Assembly (NCBI GenBank): GCA_963844515.1
Contig: CAWJOO010000012.1
Location: forward strand, 16,420 to 80,419
DNA from: an uncultured Acidobacteriota bacterium
GTDB taxonomy: Bacteria > Acidobacteriota > Terriglobia > Terriglobales > Acidobacteriaceae
Length of the DNA: 64,000 nt
Direction of reading: 5' to 3'
Shown here: positions 1 to 9,382 of the stretch, one piece after another
Layout of the letters: each line of letters begins with the position of its first letter
Position numbering within the stretch: position 1 is the stretch's first letter
The notes under the pieces: generated by a model
What the model was told of the DNA's origin: nothing
What the model saw: only the letters and a program-made list of their open reading frames with translations
The model's database searches: none
Position numbers and translations under genes: made by a program

Positions 1-426
1 ATTCAGCACCAGGCCCTGCTTGGTGAGGATGGCCGCGATGCCGATGGATTGCAGAGCGCCCAGGACAACCGTCATGTAGCGGGTCCACTGGGTAATCTTG
101 CGGCGGCCGAGTTCGCCTTCCTTCTGGATGCGGGCCAGCGGTTCGTACACCACGGTCAGCAGCTGGAAGATGATGGATGCCGTAATGTACGGCATGATGC
201 CGAGGGCGAAGATGGTCATGCGGCGCAGGTTACCGCCGCCGAACAGGTTCATGAGGCCAAGCGCCGAGCCGCCCTGCTGGTCGAAGAGGCGCTCGAGCAG
301 CGTGGTGTTCACGCCCGGCGTGGGGATCCATGCGCCAAGACGGTAAACGGCCAGAATAGCCAGGGTGAAGAGCACCCGCTTGCGCAGGTCGGGGATGCGG
401 AAGATATTGAGGAACTTCTCAACCAT
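1..426 (-). CDS. secY: Preprotein translocase subunit SecY (5' part; runs off window)
   Basis: Manual translation from ATG at 426 gives [22 protein letters not shown]...[19 protein letters not shown], with the SecY signature; lies downstream of rplO. Confidence 0.97.
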   Translation of the reverse strand, partial: MVEKFLNIFRIPDLRKRVLFTLAILAVYRLGAWIPTPGVNTTLLERLFDQQGGSALGLMNLFGGGNLRRMTIFALGIMPYITASIIFQLLTVVYEPLARIQKEGELGRRKITQWTRYMTVVLGALQSIGIAAILTKQGLVLN

Positions 427-584
427 GAGTAGGCGTACCCTTGAGGCGCCCAGCGCCAAATTTAAGCGATTGCATTCATCTTACGCGGGAAAGGCTTGCT
501 TGTCGCTGTGATCTATCGCACAGGAGGCGGAATCTTTGGGGGAACTATGGGCCTCAATTGAGGCCCATAGAATCAGGAATTACT

Positions 585-1055
585 TTAGGCCTTGGCTGGC
601 TCCGGGGCACCCAGCACAATCGCCTTTCCGCCCGCTTTTTCGATCTTTTCCTGGGCGGACTTGGAGAACTTGTGGGCATGGATGGTGACAGCCGAGGTGA
701 GCTCGCCGGAGCCGAGAATCTTGATAAGAGCCTTCTTGCTGGAGGCGAGGCCGAGCTTCTTATAGTCGTCCTGGGTGATCTCGGAGATGGACTCGAGAGC
801 CGCGATCCGGTCGAGATTCACAACCGTATATTCAGTGCGGAAAATGTTGGTGAATCCACGCTTGGGAAGCCGGCGATGCAGGGGCATCTGGCCGCCCTCA
901 AAGCCGCGCATCATGTGGGAACCGGAGCGCGAGCGCTGGCCCTTATGGCCGCGGGTAGAGGTCTTGCCCATGCCGGAGCCCATACCGCGGCCGACACGCT
1001 TGCGCCCGGTGTTTGCATTCTTGGGCGCGCGTAGATTGGATAAATTCTTTGCCAT
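585..1055 (-). CDS. rplO: 50S ribosomal protein L15
   Basis: RVGRGMGSGMGKTSTRGHKGQ and GFEGGQMPLHRRLPKRGF motifs. Confidence 0.99.
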   Translation of the reverse strand: MAKNLSNLRAPKNANTGRKRVGRGMGSGMGKTSTRGHKGQRSRSGSHMMRGFEGGQMPLHRRLPKRGFTNIFRTEYTVVNLDRIAALESISEITQDDYKKLGLASSKKALIKILGSGELTSAVTIHAHKFSKSAQEKIEKAGGKAIVLGAPEPAKA

Positions 1056-1112
1056 GATGTCCTCGCTATAGCGCCGGGGCGATGCTGGATCGCGCCGACT
1101 CGCGTTGTTTTG

Positions 1113-1203
1113 AGTAATCGAGTGATCGCGTGATCGCGTGATGAAAAACAGTTGTGCGTTGCTCCATCACTTGATCACTCTTTCACTTCATCGCTCGATT
1201 ACT
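1113..1203. repeat. Tandem-octamer inverted-repeat hairpin (rpmD-rplO spacer)
   Basis: Left arm AGTAATCG AGTGATCG CGTGATCG CGTGATG (1113-1143); right arm CATCACTT GATCACTC TTTCACTT CATCGCTC GATTACT (1165-1203). Confidence 0.85.
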
Positions 1204-1390
1204 AGTTCTCCAGGATACGGACCAGGTGCGGGATGGCCTTGACCATGCCGCGGGTGGATTCCGTATCGACGCGCTCGACGATCTGATTGAGCCGCGTGAA
1301 TCCGAGGCCCTTGACGACCAGCTTATGCTTCAGCGGCGTGTTGTTCTTCGAGCGAAAGTATTGAATGCGAATCATCTTGGTTTCGGCCAT
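1202..1390 (-). CDS. rpmD: 50S ribosomal protein L30
   Basis: 62 aa, GLGFTRLNQIVER...RGMVKAIPHLV; position between rpsE and rplO. Confidence 0.97.
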   Translation of the reverse strand: MAETKMIRIQYFRSKNNTPLKHKLVVKGLGFTRLNQIVERVDTESTRGMVKAIPHLVRILEN

Positions 1391-1392
1391 GA

Positions 1393-1902
1393 TTAGAGAT
1401 CCTCAACCTGCTTGCCGCGCATGGTGGCTACTTCTCCCCTGTCGCGAAGCTGCACGAGAGCGTCGAAGGTGGCCTTGATGACGTTGTGGGGATTGGCGGT
1501 GCCGAGGCTCTTGGTAAGCACATTCTGCACACCGGCAGAGGTCATGACCGCACGGACTGCGCCGCCCGCGATCACGCCCGTGCCTTCCGGCGCCGGCTTG
1601 AGCAGCACCTGGCCGGAGCCGTAGCGGCCCAGCACCTGATGCGGGATCGTGGTGTCGGTGAGGTTGATGCGAACCAGGTTCTTCTTGGCTGATTCAATTC
1701 CCTTGCGGATCGCCTGGGGAACTTCCTTGGCCTTGCCCGAACCGTAGCCGACCACGCCGGAAGCGGCGTCGCCTACTACGACGAGCGCGGCAAACGACAT
1801 GTTTTTGCCGCCCTTGACCACCTTGGTCACGCGATTGATGGCCACCACCTGATCCTTCAGGTTGTACTGGTTGGCATCGAGTTTCTTCTTTAACATCGTC
1901 AT
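1393..1902 (-). CDS. rpsE: 30S ribosomal protein S5
   Basis: [12 protein letters not shown] and [20 protein letters not shown] motifs. Confidence 0.99.
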   Translation of the reverse strand: MTMLKKKLDANQYNLKDQVVAINRVTKVVKGGKNMSFAALVVVGDAASGVVGYGSGKAKEVPQAIRKGIESAKKNLVRINLTDTTIPHQVLGRYGSGQVLLKPAPEGTGVIAGGAVRAVMTSAGVQNVLTKSLGTANPHNVIKATFDALVQLRDRGEVATMRGKQVEDL

Positions 1903-1910
1903 GTTCTCTC

Positions 1911-2010
1911 TCAGCTTTCAGCTTTTAGCTCTCAGCTATCAGCTTGCAACGCAGCGCCGATCAGGAATTCAGCAGATGAACTGAAAGCTGAAAGCTGACG
2001 GCTGATAGCT
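1911..2010. repeat. Tandem-heptamer inverted-repeat hairpin (rplR-rpsE spacer), unit TCAGCTT
   Basis: Left arm TCAGCTT TCAGCTT TTAGCTC TCAGCTA TCAGCTT (1911-1945); right arm AACTGA AAGCTGA AAGCTGA CGGCTGA TAGCT (1979-2010). Confidence 0.9.
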
Positions 2011-2013
2011 TCC

Positions 2014-2361
2014 TTAAAACTCCAACCCGGCCTCACGGGCTGCATCGGCTAACGCCTTTACGCGGCCGTGATACAAGTAGCCGCCGCGATCGAAGACCAC
2101 CTTCTTGACACCCTTTTCGACGGCGCGCTCGGCGATGGTCTTGCCGATTTCCTTGGCCGCCGCAATGTTGCCGCCGGTCTTGGCCTTGATGGCGAGGGTG
2201 GAAGCCGAAACCAGCGTCTCGCCGGTCTGGTCGTCGATCACCTGGGCATAAATGTGGTTCAGCGAGCGGTGCACGCTGAGGCGCGGACGCTCCGTGGTAC
2301 CCGACAGCTTGCGGCGGATACGAGCGTGAATGCGCTGGCGAATTGAGTCTCTCTTGATCAT
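2014..2361 (-). CDS. rplR: 50S ribosomal protein L18
   Basis: [18 protein letters not shown] and [28 protein letters not shown]. Confidence 0.99.
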   Translation of the reverse strand: MIKRDSIRQRIHARIRRKLSGTTERPRLSVHRSLNHIYAQVIDDQTGETLVSASTLAIKAKTGGNIAAAKEIGKTIAERAVEKGVKKVVFDRGGYLYHGRVKALADAAREAGLEF

Positions 2362-2411
2362 CGGTATCTCTTCCTATCAGCGGAGCCGCCCTGCGGCGCC
2401 GTTCGGTTTTT

Positions 2412-2482
2412 TCAGTTATCAGAGATCAGAGATCAGTCTTTCATCGGGTTATCTGATCTCTGTTCTCTGAAAGCTGATCTCT
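2412..2482. repeat. Tandem-heptamer inverted-repeat hairpin (rplF-rplR spacer), unit TCAGAGA
   Basis: Left arm TCAGTTA TCAGAGA TCAGAGA TCAG (2412-2436); right arm CTGATCT CTGTTCT CTGAAAG CTGATCT CT (2453-2482). Confidence 0.85.
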
Positions 2483-3021
2483 TACTTGCTGCCAGTCTTG
2501 CCGGCCTTCTTCTTGAGCTTCTCGTCGGAGTAGCGTACGCCCTTGTTCTTGTACGGATCCGGCTTGCGGAGCGAGCGCATGTCGGCGGCCACCTGGCCCA
2601 CCTTCTGGCGATCGATACCGCTGACAGTAAGGTGCGTCTGCTTGGGATCGATGGCCACTTCAATCCCGGTGGGCAGCGGAAATTCGATGGGGTGCGAGTA
2701 GCCGAGAGTGAACACCACGGTTCCCTTGCCCTTCAACTCAGCGCGGTAGCCGATGCCGACGATGTCCAGATCCTTCTTCCAGCCCGAGGTGACGCCGTGA
2801 ACCGCGTTGAACACAAGGGCGCGGGTCAGGCCGTGGAATGCGGCAACCTTGTCGCTCTCGCGGAGCACGTTCAGGAAGCCGTCCTTGGTCTCGAGCTTGA
2901 TGCCATCGGCGATCAGTGCCGAGACCTTGCCCTTGGGACCTTCGACGAGAACGGTGTTGCCCTCCACCTTGTACTTGACACCCGCGGGCAGCGGGATGGG
3001 CTTTTTTCCAATACGCGACAT
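2482..3021 (-). CDS. rplF: 50S ribosomal protein L6
   Basis: Starts MSRIGKKPI (ATG 3021); LGYSHPI and [13 protein letters not shown] motifs. Confidence 0.99.
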   Translation of the reverse strand: MSRIGKKPIPLPAGVKYKVEGNTVLVEGPKGKVSALIADGIKLETKDGFLNVLRESDKVAAFHGLTRALVFNAVHGVTSGWKKDLDIVGIGYRAELKGKGTVVFTLGYSHPIEFPLPTGIEVAIDPKQTHLTVSGIDRQKVGQVAADMRSLRKPDPYKNKGVRYSDEKLKKKAGKTGSK

Positions 3022-3091
3022 TGAATCAATCCTTTGCTGGCTTGCGAGTCCCGATGGCAATTGCAGCCTTCGTTCCACTGCAGCCGGAAAA

Positions 3092-3190
3092 CAGGGGCTA
3101 GAGACTAGGGACTAGGGTCCAAAAAAAACATCTGGCTTACATTTGGCGACTCAAGGACCCTGCTTTCTCGTCCCTAGTCCCCAGTCCCTG
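3092..3190. repeat. Tandem-heptamer inverted-repeat hairpin (rpsH-rplF spacer), unit CTAGGGA
   Basis: Left arm CAGGGG CTAGAGA CTAGGGA CTAGGGT CC (3092-3120); right arm GGACCCTG CTTTCTCG TCCCTAG TCCCCAG TCCCTG (3155-3190). Confidence 0.88.
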
Positions 3191-3196
3191 CCTTAT

Positions 3197-3592
3197 TTAC
3201 CAAACTTCGCACAACAATTCGCCGCCGACGCCTTCACGGCGGGCTTGACGGCCGGTCATGACGCCCTTGGGGGTGGTCATGATGGAGATGCCGAGGCCGC
3301 CCTGGACGCGCTTGATCTCGTCGCGGCCAATGTAGACGCGGCAGCCGGGACGCGAGATTCGCGCCAGGTCGCGGATGGCCGCTTCGGTTCCGCCGTACTT
3401 CAGGTACACGCGGAGCACCAGCTTGCCCTCCTCTTCCTGGGTCTTGTAGTTCGAGATGTAACCCTCTTCCTTGAGAATGCGGGCGATCTCGGTCTTCAGC
3501 TTCGAAGCAGGCACATCCAGCTTCTGGTGGCGGGCCCGGATTGCGTTCCGGATGCGCGCCAGAAAATCTGCTACTGGGTCGGTCAGACTCAT
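3197..3592 (-). CDS. rpsH: 30S ribosomal protein S8
   Basis: TDPVADFLARIRNA, ISRPGCRVY and GVGGELLCEVW. Confidence 0.99.
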   Translation of the reverse strand: MSLTDPVADFLARIRNAIRARHQKLDVPASKLKTEIARILKEEGYISNYKTQEEEGKLVLRVYLKYGGTEAAIRDLARISRPGCRVYIGRDEIKRVQGGLGISIMTTPKGVMTGRQARREGVGGELLCEVW

Positions 3593-3661
3593 TCCTTCTC
3601 CTTCATTCCCCGTTCGCTCCCGGCCTCACTTGATCAGGAGAACCAGCGGGAATGCTTACTA

Positions 3662-3723
3662 CAGCTACTAGCTCTTAGCTATTAGCTTCTAGCTAGGAGC
3701 TAGAGGCTGAAAGCTGAAAGCTG
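3662..3723. repeat. Tandem-heptamer palindrome with no real loop (rpsN-rpsH spacer), unit TAGCTNN
   Basis: CAGCTA CTAGCTC TTAGCTA TTAGCTT CT|AGCTAGG AGCTAGA GGCTGAA AGCTGAA AGCTG, centred on CTAGCTAG. Confidence 0.88.
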
Positions 3724-3728
3724 CTTTA

Positions 3729-3914
3729 TTACCAGCTCGACTTGACGACGCCGGGGATTTCGCCCTTGAGCGCCAGTCCGCGGAAGCACAGACGGCAAAC
3801 GCCGAACTTGCGCAGAAAACCGCGCGGGCGTCCGCAGAGCTGGCACCGATTGTGCTTGCGGCAGCTGAACTTCGGCTTCCGCGCGTCCTTAACTCGTTTT
3901 GCAGTGGTTGCCAT
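3729..3914 (-). CDS. rpsN: 30S ribosomal protein S14, short zinc-binding (type Z) form
   Basis: 61 aa with CQLCGRPR and CRLCFR motifs, ends [11 protein letters not shown]. Confidence 0.99.
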   Translation of the reverse strand: MATTAKRVKDARKPKFSCRKHNRCQLCGRPRGFLRKFGVCRLCFRGLALKGEIPGVVKSSW

Positions 3915-3938
3915 AAATCCTCAAATCCTCTCGGCGGC

Positions 3939-4487
3939 CTAGGCGCCCTGGCGGAACGGCATGCCGAAGGCGCGAAGCAAAGCGCGCGCCGAGTTGTCGT
4001 CTGTGGCCGTGGTCACGATGGTGATGTTCATGCCCTTCAGCTTTTCCACCTTGGAGTAATCGATCTCCGGGAAGAGCAGCTGATCCTTCAGGCCAAGCGT
4101 GTAATTGCCGCGACCGTCAAAGCTCTTCGTCGATACACCGCGGAAGTCGCGCACGCGGGGCAGCGCCGTGGCAATCAAACGATCGAGGAACTCATAGGCC
4201 TTGTCGCTGCGCAGCGTCACCATGGCGCCGATCGACATGCCGGCGCGCACCTTGAAGGCCGCAATCGACTTCTTCGCCTTGGTGGTAACGGGCTTCTGTC
4301 CGGCGATGGCAGCCAGATCCGCGACCAGCGGATCGAGCAGCTTGGTGTTCTGGGTGGCTTCACCCAGGCCCATGTTGATCACGATCTTCTCAAGCTTGGG
4401 CACCGCCATGGAGTTCTCGAGTCCGAGCTCCTTTTGCAGCGCCTGCTTGATTTCCTTGTTGTATCTTTCCTTCAGCCTTGCCGCCAT
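3939..4487 (-). CDS. rplE: 50S ribosomal protein L5
   Basis: Starts MAARLKERY (ATG 4487); LPRVRDFRG and [10 protein letters not shown] motifs. Confidence 0.99.
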   Translation of the reverse strand: MAARLKERYNKEIKQALQKELGLENSMAVPKLEKIVINMGLGEATQNTKLLDPLVADLAAIAGQKPVTTKAKKSIAAFKVRAGMSIGAMVTLRSDKAYEFLDRLIATALPRVRDFRGVSTKSFDGRGNYTLGLKDQLLFPEIDYSKVEKLKGMNITIVTTATDDNSARALLRAFGMPFRQGA

Positions 4488-4584
4488 TTGCTGTTTGCTC
4501 TCTTTCTGCCGGACTTCGGAGTGGCTTGCGCCGTTTACCGTTACGGCAGGGGTTACGCAGATCCGAAGATCTGACTGGATCCCG

Positions 4585-4911
4585 CTACTTCTTGGTGGGC
4601 AGCGTCTGCCCGCACTTCTTGCACATGCGCACCTTGGTGTCGCCGTCCTGCTTGTAGCCGATGCGCGCCGGCCCGCAGTTGGGGCAAACCAGGGACACGT
4701 TGGAGATGTTGATGGGCGACTCCTGCTCGGCAATGCCACCCTTGGTGCGCTGGCCGGTCTTCGAGGAGACGGTCTTCTTGACAACCCGCACATGCTCGAC
4801 GAGCACGGTGCCCTTGTCGGGGAAGACGCGCAGCACGCGGCCAGTCTTGCCGCGGTCAGTGCCGGCGAGGACCTTGACCGTATCGTTGCGACGAATGCTT
4901 AAGCTCTGCAT
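4585..4911 (-). CDS. rplX: 50S ribosomal protein L24
   Basis: KOW motif [17 protein letters not shown] and [12 protein letters not shown]; also two CxxC pairs. Confidence 0.98.
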   Translation of the reverse strand: MQSLSIRRNDTVKVLAGTDRGKTGRVLRVFPDKGTVLVEHVRVVKKTVSSKTGQRTKGGIAEQESPINISNVSLVCPNCGPARIGYKQDGDTKVRMCKKCGQTLPTKK

Positions 4912-4928
4912 GATTTCTCCAAACCTTC

Positions 4929-5300
4929 TTAAACTACTTCCGGCGCCAGCGAAACGATCTTGAGGAACTTCTTCTCGCGCAGCTCACGGGCAACGGGACC
5001 AAAAACGCGGGTACCCACTGGCTCATGTGCGTCATCAATCACCACGGCCGCGTTCTCGTCGAACCGGATGTAGGTGCCGTCGCGACGGCGATATTCCTTG
5101 CGGGTGCGGACGATGACCGCCTTTACAACCTTGCCCTTCTTCACGGTGCCATCGGGCGATGCTTCCTTCACGGCCGCCGTGATCACGTCGCCGAGGAAAG
5201 CCTTTTTGCCCAATCCGCCGCCCAGGGGCAGGATCATCTGCAGCTTGCGCGCGCCGGAGTTATCGGCAACGGCGAGCATGGATCTCATTTGCACTGCCAT
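4929..5300 (-). CDS. rplN: 50S ribosomal protein L14
   Basis: VADNSGA and [13 protein letters not shown] motifs. Confidence 0.99.
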   Translation of the reverse strand: MAVQMRSMLAVADNSGARKLQMILPLGGGLGKKAFLGDVITAAVKEASPDGTVKKGKVVKAVIVRTRKEYRRRDGTYIRFDENAAVVIDDAHEPVGTRVFGPVARELREKKFLKIVSLAPEVV

Positions 5301-5322
5301 GGTCTGTTCTCCCTACGCGCGG

Positions 5323-5643
5323 TTACTTGGCTGCCGCGGCAGCGTCTTCAATCTGACCGAGCGACGAGCGACGCACGATTTCTTCAAGAGCCCAACGCTT
5401 GAGCTTGCTCGTAGGACGGGTCTCACGAATGCGAACAACGTCACCCACGCGCGCAGAGTTCTGTTCATCGTGAGCGTAAAACCTCTTCGAGCTCTTGACG
5501 ATGCGCTTGTACTTGGGGTGCGCCTTGCGCATTTCCACTTCGACGACGATGGTCTTTTGCATCTTGGTGGAGACCACGTTGCCGACCTTCTCATTGCGCC
5601 GCGTGGTTGCCGCCGGCGTCTGCACTGCTTCAGTTGCCGCCAT
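5323..5643 (-). CDS. rpsQ: 30S ribosomal protein S17
   Basis: [18 protein letters not shown] and [18 protein letters not shown]. Confidence 0.99.
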   Translation of the reverse strand: MAATEAVQTPAATTRRNEKVGNVVSTKMQKTIVVEVEMRKAHPKYKRIVKSSKRFYAHDEQNSARVGDVVRIRETRPTSKLKRWALEEIVRRSSLGQIEDAAAAAK

Positions 5644-5889
5644 TTAGCGTGCTCCCTTTCCGGCTGTTGCTACGGCGCCATCTTTGCCTGCGCCGCGAAC
5701 ACCAAGGGCGCGCTCCCGCGCCACGGTCTTGATCTGAGCGATCTCCTTGCGCAGCTGGCGGAGTTTCTTCACTCCGTCGTTCTGCCCCATGGAGACCTGG
5801 AAGCGAAGACGGAACAGCTGCTCCGCCGAGGTCTTCTCGTGGGCCGTCAGTTCTTCGTCGCTCAAACTGCGAATCTTATTCAGTTCCAT
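5644..5889 (-). CDS. rpmC: 50S ribosomal protein L29
   Basis: EQLFRLRFQ...LRKEIAQIKTV; position between rplP and rpsQ. Confidence 0.98.
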   Translation of the reverse strand: MELNKIRSLSDEELTAHEKTSAEQLFRLRFQVSMGQNDGVKKLRQLRKEIAQIKTVARERALGVRGAGKDGAVATAGKGAR

Positions 5890-5942
5890 CTCTTCTCTCT
5901 CTCGGGCGCCGTATCCCTATGGGACGCGCGCCGGATCCTGTC

Positions 5943-6395
5943 TTATTCCGCTGCTTCAGCCGGCGTCTTCTCAGCCGACTTCTCTGCGCCGGGGCGTTGC
6001 ACAAACTTCGTCCGCAAGGGCAGCTTGTTCGACGCCAGGCGCATGGCTTCCTGCGCGATCTCCGGGGCGACCCCTTCCATTTCGAAAAGGATCTTGCCGG
6101 GCTTGACTACCGCCACCCAATGATCCAGTGCGCCCTTGCCAGAGCCCATACGAACTTCGGCCGGCTTCTTGGTGATCGGCTTATCCGGGAACAGGCGCAG
6201 CCAGATCTTGCCACCACGCTTGATGAACCGGGTCATGGCAATACGGCTGGCTTCGATCTGGCGGTCGGTAATGTAGCCGCACTCCAGAACCTTCAGTCCG
6301 TACTCGCCGAACGCAAGCGAGGATCCGCGCCACGCTTTTCCGCGGCGCTTGCCCTTCTGCTGCTTGCGAAACTTCACCTTCTTTGGCATCAACAT
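5943..6395 (-). CDS. rplP: 50S ribosomal protein L16
   Basis: [12 protein letters not shown] and [20 protein letters not shown]. Confidence 0.99.
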   Translation of the reverse strand: MLMPKKVKFRKQQKGKRRGKAWRGSSLAFGEYGLKVLECGYITDRQIEASRIAMTRFIKRGGKIWLRLFPDKPITKKPAEVRMGSGKGALDHWVAVVKPGKILFEMEGVAPEIAQEAMRLASNKLPLRTKFVQRPGAEKSAEKTPAEAAE

Positions 6396-6413
6396 AGCGA
6401 AACCCTCAAAAAC

Positions 6414-6560
6414 CAGGGATCAGAGATCAGGGATCAGGGATCAGTTCCAATCCCCTCCCGACTCGCTTCCCGGGCAACTTGCTCTCAAACATAACCAGCA
6501 GACGATTGAAGTCCAACAGTCAAGACTTTCTGATCCCTGACCCCTGATCTCTGATCCCTG
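6414..6560. repeat. Tandem-heptamer inverted repeat with 85-nt loop (rpsC-rplP spacer), unit CAGGGAT
   Basis: 31-nt arms at 6414-6444 and 6530-6560 are reverse complements at 30/31 positions. Confidence 0.95.
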
Positions 6561-6563
6561 CTA

Positions 6564-7232
<669 letters not shown>

Positions 7233-7251
7233 AGTTCTTCCCTCAAACCTC

Positions 7252-7776
7252 TCAGGCCTTCTTGCTGACCTTTTTCACCGTTGTTGCCTTCTTGGTTACC
7301 TTGGACGCCGTCGCCGACTTCGCCTTCTTCGCGGGCTTGGCAGACTTAGCCGATTTAGTCGGCTTGGCAGCGGCCTTCGTGTCTTCCACCCGGGTCACCA
7401 GGCTCTCCGAATTGGCGCGCTCGGCTACCGAAAGAATGATGTGCGTCAACCGGCGCTGATAGCGATAGGCGCGGCCCATGGGGGCGGGGCGGATACGCTT
7501 CATGCGCGGACCTTCATTGGCGATGGCCTGCTTGACGTAGAGGTTGTCCACATCTACGTCATCGCCGCGCTCACCCGAAACATACTTGGCGTTGTCTACT
7601 GCCGACACCAGCAGCTTGTGGATCACCGGAGCGATGCGCTTCTTGGTGAAGGCGGCTGTCTCCAGCGCCTCCTGCACTCCCCGGCCCTTGATCAGATCGA
7701 GCACAAGGCGCGCCTTCTGTGGCGACACGCGCTGAAACCTTGCCTCGGCCCGGTATTCCTTTGTCACGACTGCCAT
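7252..7776 (-). CDS. rplV: 50S ribosomal protein L22 with Lys/Ala-rich C-terminal extension
   Basis: [16 protein letters not shown] and [18 protein letters not shown]; likely start ATG 7776. Confidence 0.97.
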   Translation of the reverse strand: MAVVTKEYRAEARFQRVSPQKARLVLDLIKGRGVQEALETAAFTKKRIAPVIHKLLVSAVDNAKYVSGERGDDVDVDNLYVKQAIANEGPRMKRIRPAPMGRAYRYQRRLTHIILSVAERANSESLVTRVEDTKAAAKPTKSAKSAKPAKKAKSATASKVTKKATTVKKVSKKA

Positions 7777-7813
7777 TGGTCTCTTCCTCAAAATCAGCTA
7801 CGAACAGTTCTTC

Positions 7814-8104
7814 TTAGCGCGGCTTGGCAGCGGCTTCAGCCTTGCCACCGGCGGTGTGTCCCTTGAATGTGCGCGTCGGCGCAAATTCACCCAGCTTGTG
7901 GCCCACCATGTTCTCGGTCACGTACACGGGAACAAACTTCTTGCCGTTGTGCACGGCGATGGTGTGCCCCACGAACTCGGGGAAAATGGTGGAACGCCGC
8001 GACCATGTCTTCACAACCTTCTTGTCGTTGGCCGTGTTGAGCGTCTCAATCTTCACGCTCAGGTGCGCATCTACAAACGGACCCTTTTTTGTCGAACGTG
8101 CCAT
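7814..8104 (-). CDS. rpsS: 30S ribosomal protein S19
   Basis: [21 protein letters not shown] and [15 protein letters not shown]. Confidence 0.99.
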   Translation of the reverse strand: MARSTKKGPFVDAHLSVKIETLNTANDKKVVKTWSRRSTIFPEFVGHTIAVHNGKKFVPVYVTENMVGHKLGEFAPTRTFKGHTAGGKAEAAAKPR

Positions 8105-8119
8105 GAATCTCCGCTCCCT

Positions 8120-8944
8120 TTACTTCTGCCGGCGGCTGACGATGAAGGCGTCGGTCCGCTTGTTGTTGCGTGTCTTGTATCCGCGCGTTGGCTGGCCCCA
8201 CGGGGTCACCGGGTGACGGCCGCCTGAAGTCTTGCCTTCGCCGCCGCCGTGCGGGTGGTCGACAGGGTTCATCGCAACGCCGCGATTGGTGGGGCGAATG
8301 CCCTTCCAGCGGTTGCGCCCGGCCTTGCCGATCGAAACATTTTCGTGGTCGGTGTTGCCCACCTGGCCAATGGTCGCCATGCACTCGACGAGCACCTTGC
8401 GGGTTTCACCCGAGGGCAGCTTGAGCAGCGCGTAATCGCCTTCCTTGGCGACCAGCTGCGCCTGGGTTCCGGCCGAACGCGCCATCTGCGCACCTTTGCC
8501 GGGCCGAAGCTCAATGGCATGGACAGTCGTACCTGCAGGGATGTTCTTCAACGGAAGAGCATTCCCCACCAGGATGTCGGCTTCAGGCCCCGAGCTGACC
8601 GTCGCACCAACCTTCAGCCCAACCGGCTGCAGGATGTAGCGCTTTTCGCCGTCTGCGTAGTGAACCAAAGCAATGCGCGCGGAGCGATTCGGATCGTATT
8701 CGATCGTGGCTACCTTGCCCGGAACGCCATACTTTTCGCGCTTGAAGTCGATGAGACGAATCTTCTGCTTGTGGCCACCGCCGTGGTGGCGAATGGTCAG
8801 ATCGCCTGAGTTACGGCGGCCGCCGGTGCGCTTGCGGGTAGTCAGCAGCGGCTTGTGCGGCTTATCGGTCGTCAGGTCGTCGTTCACCTGCGTGGTCTTG
8901 AAGCGCAGGGTCGGCGTGATCGGTCTAAATGTCTTGATTGCCAT
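8120..8944 (-). CDS. rplB: 50S ribosomal protein L2
   Basis: [13 protein letters not shown] and [17 protein letters not shown]. Confidence 0.99.
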   Translation of the reverse strand: MAIKTFRPITPTLRFKTTQVNDDLTTDKPHKPLLTTRKRTGGRRNSGDLTIRHHGGGHKQKIRLIDFKREKYGVPGKVATIEYDPNRSARIALVHYADGEKRYILQPVGLKVGATVSSGPEADILVGNALPLKNIPAGTTVHAIELRPGKGAQMARSAGTQAQLVAKEGDYALLKLPSGETRKVLVECMATIGQVGNTDHENVSIGKAGRNRWKGIRPTNRGVAMNPVDHPHGGGEGKTSGGRHPVTPWGQPTRGYKTRNNKRTDAFIVSRRQK

Positions 8945-9053
8945 CGTCTTTGTCCTGAAGAGCTGGCGCTACTGCTGCGCCGCTCTCCCCGTTTCTCCGG
9001 ATGCTCTTCACGAGCCTCCGATATTCCTTACTGTGAGCCGCTGGGCCAGGTCG

Positions 9054-9085
9054 CCTATTCCCTACATCCAGTTCCCTATTCCCTG
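9054..9085. repeat. Solo tandem-heptamer arm (rplW-rplB spacer), unit CCTATTC
   Basis: CCTATTC CCTACAT CCAGTTC CCTATTC CCTG; no partner arm found in the spacer. Confidence 0.7.
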
Positions 9086-9088
9086 CGT

Positions 9089-9382
9089 TTACAGGTTGCT
9101 CACGTACTCTGGCATCTTCTCGCCGGCCTTCAGCCGGACGTATGCCTTTTTCCAGTCGGGGCGGAAACCCGCGAACTTGCCGCGGCGGCGCTCTTTGCCC
9201 AGAACATTGGAGGTGCGAACCGCTGCGACCTTCACCTTGAAGAGCGACTCTACAGCTTGCTTGACTTCAGTTTTGCTGGCCTCAGGCGCTACTTCAAACA
9301 CAAGCGTGCCTTCGGTTTCTTTGACGCCCAATCCCTTTTCAGTGATCAGCGGGCGGCGAATTACGGTGTAGAGAGTAGGCAT
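9089..9382 (-). CDS. rplW: 50S ribosomal protein L23
   Basis: IRRPLITEK and DWKKAYVRL. Confidence 0.99.
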   Translation of the reverse strand: MPTLYTVIRRPLITEKGLGVKETEGTLVFEVAPEASKTEVKQAVESLFKVKVAAVRTSNVLGKERRRGKFAGFRPDWKKAYVRLKAGEKMPEYVSNL

